Below are positions 1 to 8,503 of a stretch of DNA of 64,000 nucleotides, piece after piece. Both the position numbers and the translations under genes were made by a program. Within the stretch, counting starts at the first letter, position 1. The number at the start of each line of letters is the position of its first letter. The stretch comes from Patescibacteria group bacterium (GTDB lineage: Bacteria > Patescibacteriota > UBA1384 > XYA2-FULL-43-10 > 1-14-0-10-43-13): positions 337,217 through 401,216 of the forward strand of contig JBAZBD010000001.1 of the NCBI GenBank assembly GCA_041671645.1, read 5' to 3'. Under the pieces are notes generated by a model. It was given only the letters and a program-made list of their open reading frames with translations, searched no databases and was not told the DNA's origin.

Positions 1-96
1 AGCCTCATTTTGGTTTGCCAAAATGGCTGGGTCTTGCATTTTCTGCTCCAGCTCGAAGAATCGGTCAAGGATAGATTTTAGTTTTTCTTTGTTCAT
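1..96 (-). CDS. Peptide chain release factor, N-terminal fragment (gene continues past the window edge)
   Basis: The reverse complement of 1..96 opens with ATG and reads MNKEKLKSILDRFFELEQKMQDPAILANQNEA. The L..L..R.EEL....DP pattern matches the N-terminal helical domain of RF1/RF2. An rpmE neighbour is common for prfA. Confidence 0.45.
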   Translation of the reverse strand, partial: MNKEKLKSILDRFFELEQKMQDPAILANQNEA

Positions 97-174
97 GACA
101 TTTTTATAGCAAAAATCGGCTTACTCACCAGAATTATATCTGGTTTTCGACCGATTTCATATAGAACTGATGAG

Positions 175-441
175 TTATTTCTCTTCTTTGACTTTTTTCA
201 CTTTTTCAGGCTTCTTGGCAGCTTCTTCCTTCATTTTCTTGGAAGCCTCGAGACGAGCCTTGAATTTGTCAACGCGGCCAGCAGTATCAACCAATTTCTG
301 TTTGCCTGTGAAGAAAGGATGGCATGCTGAACAAATCTCGACTTTGATCTCTTCGCGAGTCGAACCTGTGAGATATTCGCCGCCACAAGCACATTTGGCG
401 ACTACATCTTTGTTATAAGTTGGGTGGATGTCTTTTTTCAT
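175..441 (-). CDS. rpmE: 50S ribosomal protein L31
   Basis: 88 aa starting MKKDIHP, with CxxC...[12 protein letters not shown] zinc-ribbon motifs typical of L31. Confidence 0.9.
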   Translation of the reverse strand: MKKDIHPTYNKDVVAKCACGGEYLTGSTREEIKVEICSACHPFFTGKQKLVDTAGRVDKFKARLEASKKMKEEAAKKPEKVKKVKEEK

Positions 442-566
442 AAAATATCTTATCGATAACTAATTTCTTTTGAAATTCTAGCACAGTATTGAACTTTAGT
501 CAACGCAAGAGTATAAGTTTATTAGCGCTAACCGAAAGGGGGCGCAGAAAAAGGGGGAGCATAATT

Positions 567-1157
567 ATGCTTACGCGAAATCAGAAGTCTTGGATTTGCT
601 TCCGCACTGACGGAAGCGTGGTCGGCAACGCACTCTATCACGATTCGATTGCCCAGGCCATTTCATCACTGGACACTGGGTCGAATATGGAGTACTTCCT
701 GACCCTCAGAAATGGGCCAAATGAGCAAAGTATAGCTTGCACCAAGCACTTAGATCATCTCTGTTATCTCTCAGCTTGGCGCCTGATTCCTGATTCAATT
801 CGGTATGGGCATACTGATGCTCATACCCTGTATCAACTCTGGTTGGAATACTATTGCGGATGGCAAACGGAACAGCAATATAAGGAGAGTTTCACTCGGT
901 TAAGTTGCTCGGATAATCTCAAGGAGGCCTTGTCTGATCCGACAGGCCGTCATTTCTTTCTTAGATTGTTGCACACTGCAAGAAGAGACAGGATCGACAT
1001 CCTAAGAAGGACGGCCCAAAATCTGCTTCAACTGACAAAGGGTCCAAGGCTACAGCTCTTTGAGCTGGAATTCGCTCGCATTGTCACGCCGAACTTCAAA
1101 TTGGACTTAACCCAGAAGTACTGGGAGAGACGGGGGATCACAGGAAAAGTTTTGTAG
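567..1157 (+). CDS. Hypothetical protein (Cys/His-rich)
   Basis: ORF 489..1157. The internal ATG at 567 is preceded by a strong RBS (aaaaagggggagc). No recognisable family. Confidence 0.5.
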   Translation: MLTRNQKSWICFRTDGSVVGNALYHDSIAQAISSLDTGSNMEYFLTLRNGPNEQSIACTKHLDHLCYLSAWRLIPDSIRYGHTDAHTLYQLWLEYYCGWQTEQQYKESFTRLSCSDNLKEALSDPTGRHFFLRLLHTARRDRIDILRRTAQNLLQLTKGPRLQLFELEFARIVTPNFKLDLTQKYWERRGITGKVL

Positions 1158-1388
1158 ACTGGACAGACGACAGCAGTTGCCTGTCTTTTTATTTTCCCTT
1201 GCAAAAAGTCACAAAATGATGTAATATAGTCAAAGAATTAAGTTCACCAAAATTCACACGCTCAACTCCAGGTTTCTTCCTCATCCGCCAGCTGGCGGAT
1301 CGGGGCAATAGCTGAGCGGCGGTATAAAGAAACCCAAGAACAGTTCAAAGTTCATAAAGTCTATAAAGTTATAAAGTAGAAAGGTTTT

Positions 1389-2108
1389 TTGATGACGAAT
1401 TTACCAACCCTTAGGGAAATGCTGGACGCTGGTGTTCATTTCGGACACAAGACTTCACGTTGGTTCCCAAAGATGGCCCCTTACATTTACACCTCAAAGT
1501 CTGGTGTACATATTATCAATTTGGAAAAGACAGAGGAAGCAGTCCAGAAAGCGGCCGATTTTGTACGTAGAGAAGCTGCGGCTGGCAAGACCTTCATCTT
1601 CGTCGGTACCAAGAAGCAGACTGGCTCTATCATCAAAGAGGAAGCTGGCAAGGCTGGCATTTCTTATGTCAACATTCGTTGGCTCGGTGGCACAATCACA
1701 AACTTCGAGGCTATCAGAGGCGCGATCCAGAGATACAAGAAGCAAGTTGAAGAGATTGCCCTTGATGACGAAGGAAAGTCAGAAATGACCAAGTCTGAGC
1801 TTTCACGCGTGCGCAAAGACGTCGCTCGCGGTGAGAAGTTCTTGGGCGGCCTAGTCAATTTGGACAGAAAACCAGATGCATTGATTCTCTTCGGTTCCCA
1901 TGACGAGAAAATTGCACTCAAAGAAGCCAAATGCGACCATATCCCAGTCATCGCACTCGTTGACACAAACGCTGATCCAAACGCTGTCGAGTATCCTATC
2001 CCAGCCAATGATGACGCAACCAAATCTGTCAGACTCTTCGCCTCTCTCTTCGCAGGTATCATCAAAGAAGCCAGAGACAAAGTCAAAGTCACAGAAGACA
2101 AGAAATAA
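1389..2108 (+). CDS. rpsB: 30S ribosomal protein S2
   Basis: 239 aa. N-terminus LREMLDAGVHFGHKTSRWFPKMAPYIY is an S2 signature. Sits in a conserved rpsB-tsf pair. Confidence 0.95.
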   Translation: MMTNLPTLREMLDAGVHFGHKTSRWFPKMAPYIYTSKSGVHIINLEKTEEAVQKAADFVRREAAAGKTFIFVGTKKQTGSIIKEEAGKAGISYVNIRWLGGTITNFEAIRGAIQRYKKQVEEIALDDEGKSEMTKSELSRVRKDVARGEKFLGGLVNLDRKPDALILFGSHDEKIALKEAKCDHIPVIALVDTNADPNAVEYPIPANDDATKSVRLFASLFAGIIKEARDKVKVTEDKK

Positions 2109-2144
2109 GACAATTTCAAATCAATTAAATATTGAAGGAATAAT

Positions 2145-2738
2145 ATGGCTATTACTGCCAAAGAAATTTCAGAACTCAGAGCTCGAACCGGTATCGGTAT
2201 GATGGAGTGCAAGAAAGCACTCGAAGAGACCAATGGCGACCAGGAGAAGGCGATCGAAGTATTGCGCAAACGCGGTATGGCCAAAGCGGCCAAGAGAGCA
2301 GAGCGCGAGACCAAAAATGGTGTGATTGATTCATACATTCACAGCAACGGCAAAATCGGCGTCATGGTCGAAGTATTGGCAGAAACTGATTTCGTCGCCA
2401 AGAACGATGAATTCAAAGCTTTCGCTCACGATATCGCTCTTCACATCGCGGCAATGAACTCAAAATATATCGCAAAGGAAAATGTTCCAGCCGAAATCGT
2501 AGAAAAAGAAAAAGCAATCTTGGTCGAAGAGGTCAAGGCTTTGGGCAAACCAGCCGAGATGGCCGAGAAGATCGCTGAAGGCAAGATCAACAAATTTCTC
2601 GAAGAAATCTGTTTGCTCGATCAGCCTTTCGTCAAGGATCCGTCCAAGACAGTTGGCGATTTGCTTACTGACCTGACTTCCAAGATCGGCGAGAAGATCG
2701 TAATCGGGCGGTTTGTCAGATACGAAATCGGTGAGTAA
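2145..2738 (+). CDS. tsf: Elongation factor Ts (short form)
   Basis: 197 aa. EISELRARTGIGMMECKKAL is the UBA-like N-terminus of EF-Ts. Directly downstream of rpsB. Confidence 0.9.
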   Translation: MAITAKEISELRARTGIGMMECKKALEETNGDQEKAIEVLRKRGMAKAAKRAERETKNGVIDSYIHSNGKIGVMVEVLAETDFVAKNDEFKAFAHDIALHIAAMNSKYIAKENVPAEIVEKEKAILVEEVKALGKPAEMAEKIAEGKINKFLEEICLLDQPFVKDPSKTVGDLLTDLTSKIGEKIVIGRFVRYEIGE

Positions 2739-2756
2739 AAAAAATTTCAAATATAG

Positions 2757-2785
2757 AAAATGACCGCAGCAATGCGGTCATTTTT
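2757..2785 (+). terminator. Intrinsic terminator after tsf
   Basis: Stem tgaccgca/tgcggtca followed by a T-run. A second perfect palindrome atcaccgtcaca..tgtgacggtgat at 2835..2859 could serve minus-strand transcripts. Confidence 0.6.
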
Positions 2786-2876
2786 GTAGCTCGTTCGCGA
2801 ATTACACTCACGATATTGCAATGACAAAATAAATATCACCGTCACATTGTGACGGTGATTGCTGAGATGAAGGTGG

Positions 2877-3023
2877 TCATCTTTTAATTCCAGTTATCCA
2901 AGCATGATATAGGATTGCAGAAATGACACCTAGCCCTGTCCACGTAAGATCGTGAAAATAGATTCCGGAGAATGCAGTACCATAAATTAGTATGCTATAG
3001 ACTGTTTGCGTCTGACTGTTCAT
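2877..3023 (-). CDS. Small hydrophobic protein (48 aa), absent from the ORF track
   Basis: Reverse complement reads ATG..TGA = MNSQTQTVYSILIYGTAFSGIYFHDLTWTGLGVISAILYHAWITGIKR. An RBS aggaga lies 7 nt upstream. The gene is driven by a duplicated sigma70-like promoter cassette at 3051..3091. Confidence 0.4.
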   Translation of the reverse strand: MNSQTQTVYSILIYGTAFSGIYFHDLTWTGLGVISAILYHAWITGIKR

Positions 3024-3050
3024 ATCAATTCTCCTTCAGATTTGATGTCT

Positions 3051-3091
3051 TTATTATAAACTAAATCTCAAAATAGTCAATAGAGACAAAC
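3051..3091 (-). promoter_or_regulatory. Promoter cassette copy A (minus-strand -35 TTGACT, 16 nt spacer, -10 TATAAT)
   Basis: A 41 bp element about 93 percent identical to 3744..3784. The -10 sits at 3053..3058 and the -35 at 3075..3080 on the minus strand, about 25 nt upstream of the 48-aa gene start. Confidence 0.55.
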
Positions 3092-3223
3092 GTACGAAAT
3101 CGGAGAGTAAAGTTATAATCTTGCATTATAGCATATAGAAAATGGTGTTGGAGAAATCCGGCGCCATTTTTTTGTTGTGAAAATAAAAAGTAGTCATCAA
3201 CATTAGATGACTACTGAATTTGA

Positions 3224-3697
3224 TTATTCGGCCGTTTTTGTTAGCCATTCTTCCATCCTGGCGATGTCTTTGGCTGAGACGTTTGATGTGGAGAATTTGT
3301 ATCCTCCAATCTTTAGGCCAGTGGCCGAGAGATGCCTGATTGCCTCGGACCAGCTCCCTAAGCCTTCCCTGAGAATATGCTCTTCCAGCTGGGCCCAATA
3401 CGCCATTTTGTACATCTGATTGTCTCTTACCAGAGTCTGGTGGAGGACAACGATCACAACTGATCCCAATGAAAGTGCATCATTTTCTGAATTTCCGCTT
3501 CTGATAGTGTTGGCTCCAAGAAACAATGCGTCTTCCTCATCGGGGATATGTGCCAAGTCGATCCCTGTTTTCTGGTGAGACATATTCAAGTATGCTGATC
3601 TTTCCTCAACCTGAGTCAAGATAATAAGGGTTGCATGGACCGCTTCGTCTACAACAGTCTGTATGTTGGATGCGAAAAGTTCGTCGAGACTTTTCAT
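3224..3697 (-). CDS. Hypothetical protein (157 aa)
   Basis: Clean ORF with RBS aagggga. Its promoter is copy B of the duplicated cassette. A terminator hairpin agtagtcatc..gatgactact lies at 3188..3214. No family recognised. Confidence 0.55.
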   Translation of the reverse strand: MKSLDELFASNIQTVVDEAVHATLIILTQVEERSAYLNMSHQKTGIDLAHIPDEEDALFLGANTIRSGNSENDALSLGSVVIVVLHQTLVRDNQMYKMAYWAQLEEHILREGLGSWSEAIRHLSATGLKIGGYKFSTSNVSAKDIARMEEWLTKTAE

Positions 3698-3743
3698 TTT
3701 CGTTCCCCTTGTTTGTTTTTTCTTAGCCCTGCTAAGATGTCGT

Positions 3744-3784
3744 TATTATAAACTAAAACTCGAATTAGTCAATAGAGACAAACA
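3744..3784 (-). promoter_or_regulatory. Promoter cassette copy B (-35 TTGACT / -10 TATAAT) for the 157-aa gene
   Basis: Near-identical to 3051..3091. Minus-strand -10 at 3745..3750 and -35 at 3767..3772. Confidence 0.55.
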
Positions 3785-3809
3785 AGCAAGATTGAGCTAA
3801 TATAAGGGC

Positions 3810-4511
3810 ATGAAATACAAAAGAATTTTATTGAAACTATCAGGTGAGGCTTTGCTTGGGAATGATCACAATATCGATCCCAAAGCTTGTGATTTTGTGG
3901 CGGGCGAAATCAAAGAATTGGTGGGGGTCGGCACAGAGGTAGTCGTAGTCCTGGGCGGCGGTAATATTTTCCGCGGTAGAGCGGCGGAAGAGCACGGCAT
4001 GAAGAGAATTACGGGTGATTATATTGGCATGTTGGCGACGGTGATGAACTCTCTGGCTCTCCGAAGCGCGTTATCAAAGATAGATGTTGAGAGTCGTGTC
4101 GCCTCTGCATTGGACATGCCGAAGGTCTGCGAGCCATATATCCGCGACAAGGCAATTCGCCATCTGGAAAAGGGCCGAGTCGTGATCGCGGCAGCTGGTA
4201 GCGGCAATCCGTATTTCTCGACCGATACAGCGGCAGCGATCAGAGCGTGCGAATTGGACTGTAACATCGTGCTCAAAGCGACCAAAGTTGATGGTGTTTA
4301 TGACAAAGACCCTGTGAAAAACGCTGATGCGGTCAAAATACCAAATCTTACCTACCTGGATGTGATCAATAAAAAAATCGAGGTGATGGACAGTACAGCG
4401 ATCACTCTTTGCATGGACAATGCTGTGCCGATTTGCGTGTTCGAACTTATGAAACATGGTAATATTAAGAAAGTAGTAATGGGCGAGACTGTAGGAACCA
4501 TTATTAATTAA
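3810..4511 (+). CDS. pyrH: UMP kinase
   Basis: ILLKLSGEAL...VVVLGGGNIFRG glycine-rich motifs. Conserved pyrH-frr order. Confidence 0.95.
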   Translation: MKYKRILLKLSGEALLGNDHNIDPKACDFVAGEIKELVGVGTEVVVVLGGGNIFRGRAAEEHGMKRITGDYIGMLATVMNSLALRSALSKIDVESRVASALDMPKVCEPYIRDKAIRHLEKGRVVIAAAGSGNPYFSTDTAAAIRACELDCNIVLKATKVDGVYDKDPVKNADAVKIPNLTYLDVINKKIEVMDSTAITLCMDNAVPICVFELMKHGNIKKVVMGETVGTIIN

Positions 4512-4523
4512 AAAAGGATAGCC

Positions 4524-5084
4524 ATGTCAGTTGATAATTTATTGAAAGAAGCCAAGCCAAAAATGTTGGCGGCGATCGAAAATTTGAAAGAAGAATTGTC
4601 TCGAGTCCGGACAGGCCGAGCCAACCCAGCTATTTTGGATGGGGTGATGGTGCCATATTATGGTTCTAGCTCGACAATCAGTGCGATGGCTTCTGTCAGC
4701 GTGCCAGAAGCGAATCAGATTGTGATCAAGCCTTGGGATCGTAACGTCTTGGGCGATATTGAGACGGCAATTCGGGCTTCAAACGTTGGCCTCAACCCAG
4801 TAAATGATGGCCAGCAGATCAGACTTGTCTTGCCTCCGATGACCGAAGAGAGACGCCGTGATATTGTCACTCAGGTCAAAAAGTCTGGGGAGGAGACCAA
4901 AGTTTCTCTTCGCAATGTTCGAAGAGAAATCTGGGACAAGGTTCAGACAGCTGAGAAAAACAAAGAAGTGACCGAGGACGATCGGTATCGCGCCGAGGAC
5001 GAATTGAACAAAATCGTTACCGAGATGAATTCGACCGCCGATAGAGTAGTGGCCGAAAAAGAACAAGAAATAATGAAAATCTAA
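4524..5084 (+). CDS. frr: Ribosome recycling factor
   Basis: 186 aa. The MKxxxExLKxELSxVRTGRANPxxLDxV N-terminus is typical of RRF. Confidence 0.95.
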   Translation: MSVDNLLKEAKPKMLAAIENLKEELSRVRTGRANPAILDGVMVPYYGSSSTISAMASVSVPEANQIVIKPWDRNVLGDIETAIRASNVGLNPVNDGQQIRLVLPPMTEERRRDIVTQVKKSGEETKVSLRNVRREIWDKVQTAEKNKEVTEDDRYRAEDELNKIVTEMNSTADRVVAEKEQEIMKI

Positions 5085-5101
5085 CAGAATTCTGAGCAAT
5101 T

Positions 5102-6187
5102 ATGTTTATCACAATTTTGGCCTTTATATTTGTCCTGGGAATACTGATTCTAGTTCATGAGCTAGGTCATTTTATCGTGGCGAAAATGGTTGGAGTGAAA
5201 GTCGAGGAGTTCTCTATCGGTTTTCCGCCTCGGATTTTCTCATTCAAAAAAGGCGAGACGAAGTATTCCATTGGTGCTCTGATTTTTGGCGGCTATGTCA
5301 AAATGCTAGGCGAGGAGACCGAGTCAGCCAGCCCGAGAGCTTTTAACCAGCAGAAGCCAGGGAAGCGCTTCGCCATTTCTGTTGCTGGTGTAATTATGAA
5401 CTTTGTCCTGGCCTGGATAATTCTATCGATCGGTCTGAGCATCGGGATGACGCCGCCGGTCACGCCTTCTGACGAAGTCCCATTCAGCCAAGCGACCAAA
5501 GGCCAAGTCTACATCGTCGAGTTTCTTGACGGTTCATCTGCTCAAAAAGCGGGGGTTAAGCTCGGAGACCAAATAGTCAAATTGACCAAGGGAACAGACG
5601 AAGTCACACCGACAACTCCAGAGCAAGTGACAGATTTTTCCGGACGGAATAAGGGATCGGAAATTACGATCAAGATAAATCGAAACAATGTGCCAGTAGA
5701 GCAGACAATCTTGCTTCCTGCCACAGAAGCGCCGCTAGGGATCGGGATGGTCAACCAGTCTATCGTCAAAGTGAAATGGTATGCCGCGCCGTATGTTGCT
5801 CTTCTTGAGACTTGGGGCATCGTCAAAGTCATATTTATGTTTCTGGGAAGTTTCTTCTCCCAATTATTTCACACAGGGACCTTGTCTGATCAAGTTGGCG
5901 GGCCAGTCGCAATCTACAATCTTTCTGGAGACGCGGCTCGCGCCGGAATCGGTGTGTTGTTCCAATTTATCGCTATGCTCTCGATCAATTTGGGCTTGAT
6001 CAATATTCTGCCGATTCCAGCTTTGGACGGTGGCCGTGCCCTTTTCATTATCCTTGAAAAAATCTTTGGCAAGCGTATCTTGAAGGAGAACATCGAAAAT
6101 ATTATTCACAACATTGGCTTCGCAGTGCTTATGCTTTTGGTGCTGGCTGTGACGGTCAAGGATATAATCAGACTATTTCACAAATAA
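5102..6187 (+). CDS. rseP: Site-2 (RIP) zinc metalloprotease RseP
   Basis: HELGHF zinc motif in TM1, a PDZ-like middle region, and a C-terminal LDGG motif. Confidence 0.85.
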   Translation: MFITILAFIFVLGILILVHELGHFIVAKMVGVKVEEFSIGFPPRIFSFKKGETKYSIGALIFGGYVKMLGEETESASPRAFNQQKPGKRFAISVAGVIMNFVLAWIILSIGLSIGMTPPVTPSDEVPFSQATKGQVYIVEFLDGSSAQKAGVKLGDQIVKLTKGTDEVTPTTPEQVTDFSGRNKGSEITIKINRNNVPVEQTILLPATEAPLGIGMVNQSIVKVKWYAAPYVALLETWGIVKVIFMFLGSFFSQLFHTGTLSDQVGGPVAIYNLSGDAARAGIGVLFQFIAMLSINLGLINILPIPALDGGRALFIILEKIFGKRILKENIENIIHNIGFAVLMLLVLAVTVKDIIRLFHK

Positions 6188-6205
6188 GATAGATATTGGA
6201 GTCGT

Positions 6206-7429
6206 ATGAAACAATCACAACTTTTCTTGAAAACTCGTAAAGAGGTGCCAGCTGATGCTGACTCGATCAATGCTTCTTATCTGATCAGGGCTTCTTTTGC
6301 TGAAAAGCAGATGGCAGGAGTGTATTCTCTACTTCCGCTTGGGCTCCGAGTCATCAAGAAGATCGAGAATATTGTTCGCGAAGAGATGAACAAAATCGGC
6401 GGCCAAGAAGTTTTGATGAACGTGCTCCAGCCCAAAGAGCTTTGGGATGAAACTGGCCGATCAGAATCCGCGGTCGATATTTTCTATAAACTAGTCGACG
6501 CTCGTGGCAAGACTATACTACTCGCCCCAACTCATGAGGAGCAGGTGATCGATATTGTGCGCAAGAAGGTCAAATCTTACAAAGATTTGCCACTCGCTCT
6601 TTACCAAATCCAGACCAAATTCCGAAATGAGCCAAGAGCCAAGTCCGGGCTTCTGCGCGGCCGAGAGTTCATCATGAAGGATTTATACAGCTTCCATGAA
6701 AGCGAAGAAGATTTCAATTCCTATTATGAGAGATCGAAGGAAGCTTACAATGAAGTTTTCAAGAGATTCGGCCTTGATGCTCGAATCGTCGAGGCTTCTG
6801 GCGGAATATTTTCCAAATATTCTCATGAGTTTCAGGTTCTGACGGCGGTGGGCGAGGACACAATATATTATTGCGACAAATGTGATTTTGCACAAAACAA
6901 AGAGGTAGCCGAAGTGACTGAGGGCGATAAATGTCCAAAATGTGGTGCTCTGGTTAAAGTCGGCCGTGGCATTGAAGTCGGCAATATTTTCCCTCTCAAA
7001 GACAAATATTCCAAACCGATGAATGGTACTTTCCTGGACAGAGACGGCAAAGAGCAGGTCTTCACCATGGGGTGTTATGGCATCGGGATCACTCGTGCCT
7101 TGGCCACAATTGTCGAAGTTCACTATGACGTAGCCAAGAACAAAATGGTATGGCCAGTTGAAGTCGCACCCTACAAAGTCCATTTGATTTCATTGAACCA
7201 AAACGAAAAGGCTGAGGAAATTTACAAAGAATTACTCGAGAAAAATGTTGAAGTTCTATATGATGATCGTGAAATGTCAGCAGGCGAGAAATTCGCCGAG
7301 GCCGATCTGGTCGGTAGCCCAATTCGGATCGTCGTAAGCAAGAAGACTCTCGATGCTGATTCAGTAGAAATGGTACGGGGCGGGGAGATGACGATTGTAA
7401 AAATATCTGATTTGGACAAAGCGCTCTAA
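6206..7429 (+). CDS. proS: Prolyl-tRNA synthetase, short form lacking the INS editing domain
   Basis: Strong similarity along its length to bacterial ProRS (YLIRA..LPLG.RV..KIENIVREEM, HEE, QIQTKFRNE.R.KSGLLRGREF.MKD.YSFH). At 407 aa there is no room for the ~180 aa insertion domain. Confidence 0.85.
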   Translation: MKQSQLFLKTRKEVPADADSINASYLIRASFAEKQMAGVYSLLPLGLRVIKKIENIVREEMNKIGGQEVLMNVLQPKELWDETGRSESAVDIFYKLVDARGKTILLAPTHEEQVIDIVRKKVKSYKDLPLALYQIQTKFRNEPRAKSGLLRGREFIMKDLYSFHESEEDFNSYYERSKEAYNEVFKRFGLDARIVEASGGIFSKYSHEFQVLTAVGEDTIYYCDKCDFAQNKEVAEVTEGDKCPKCGALVKVGRGIEVGNIFPLKDKYSKPMNGTFLDRDGKEQVFTMGCYGIGITRALATIVEVHYDVAKNKMVWPVEVAPYKVHLISLNQNEKAEEIYKELLEKNVEVLYDDREMSAGEKFAEADLVGSPIRIVVSKKTLDADSVEMVRGGEMTIVKISDLDKAL

Positions 7430-7539
7430 GAAATACCTGATAGCAAAGACGCGGCCTCCTGTGAGACCGCTTTTGTTATTGAATAATTATTAATTTATGT
7501 TATAATATCACCAAACGTTTTTGAAGGGGTGGTAGTCTA

Positions 7540-8442
7540 ATGACAGTAAAAACGCGTAGAAATGCAGAGCGTTCTGATAAAAATGTACACCAAAAAAATG
7601 TACATCAGTATCTATTATCGAGCGATATACTTGAGAAGGATATCGAACGCGTACTTGAGGAGCTGCGTCCTCGGATAGAGGATTACAAGAAGGCTCACGC
7701 ACAGAAAACAGAAGTGCCGATTCGTCGTTTCATTTCTCTTGCTCGGATCGGTCATATCTGCCAGACTACGATCTGGACTGTGAGAGAGGCCTATGAGCGA
7801 CTATCTGAAGGAGATCGGGCTATTTACAGCCGTGGACTGGCCATCGCTGCCATAGTCCGCGAGCGGGAAAAACAGACTGATCGTCGTAACTATCGGAGTT
7901 ATCCGAGTAAGTTGCGTTGGGCTGTGATGAGATTTGTCAGGAGACGGATCAGGGCAATGCGTCCGATTATCAGCATTGATGATTTGGCACGGCAGTACGA
8001 TATGCATCCAGATGCAGTTAGTCAGCTACTTCGCAATTGCCTCAGCCATGAGGAACACGAGACGTGGAACAAGCTTGTTCATCTGGAAAAGCGGACGACT
8101 GTGAAGCAGGTGAAGAAAAGAGACCCAGAAGGTTTGGGTACTCACAACGGTTCTGGCAAGTTGGACAACAAAAATCTTGCTGTCGCCAGAGGCTGGCAGA
8201 GATATCCCGAATGTCAGCTTCATCGTCTCCGTGACTTCGTCATTGAAAATTTCCATGCAGCATCTGCTGGAGAGACGACAATAGTCGGATATCGTCAACT
8301 ACGCAAGACGTTTGGGGTCGCAGTCTCCGTAATTGGAGACTATCTGCTCTCAGCACTTTCGCTTGAAATGTTTCTTGAGCGCAAGAGACTCTCTCAGTCA
8401 CATCCTCGAAAGGGGAAAGAACCGACTGGTTCGTCAGAATAA
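7540..8442 (+). CDS. Hypothetical protein (300 aa), basic, possible HTH
   Basis: Long ORF with RBS. No family recognised. IDDLARQYDMHPDAVSQLL resembles a helix-turn-helix. Confidence 0.5.
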   Translation: MTVKTRRNAERSDKNVHQKNVHQYLLSSDILEKDIERVLEELRPRIEDYKKAHAQKTEVPIRRFISLARIGHICQTTIWTVREAYERLSEGDRAIYSRGLAIAAIVREREKQTDRRNYRSYPSKLRWAVMRFVRRRIRAMRPIISIDDLARQYDMHPDAVSQLLRNCLSHEEHETWNKLVHLEKRTTVKQVKKRDPEGLGTHNGSGKLDNKNLAVARGWQRYPECQLHRLRDFVIENFHAASAGETTIVGYRQLRKTFGVAVSVIGDYLLSALSLEMFLERKRLSQSHPRKGKEPTGSSE

Positions 8443-8503
8443 TGACGAGCCAGTTTTTAATTATCTAGCGTAAATTATATTTTTCAGCTAAGATCATTGC
8501 TAT

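Noticed and set aside
1432-2338. Antisense or alternative-frame ORFs inside rpsB/tsf (1432..1788, 1494..1745, 1664..2338, 1900..2202) and similar ones inside proS, hydA, pilins (for example 6683..7183, 16863..17309, 45059..45682, 45397..45831)
   Set aside because: They overlap well-supported conserved genes on the opposite strand or frame. No independent signals.
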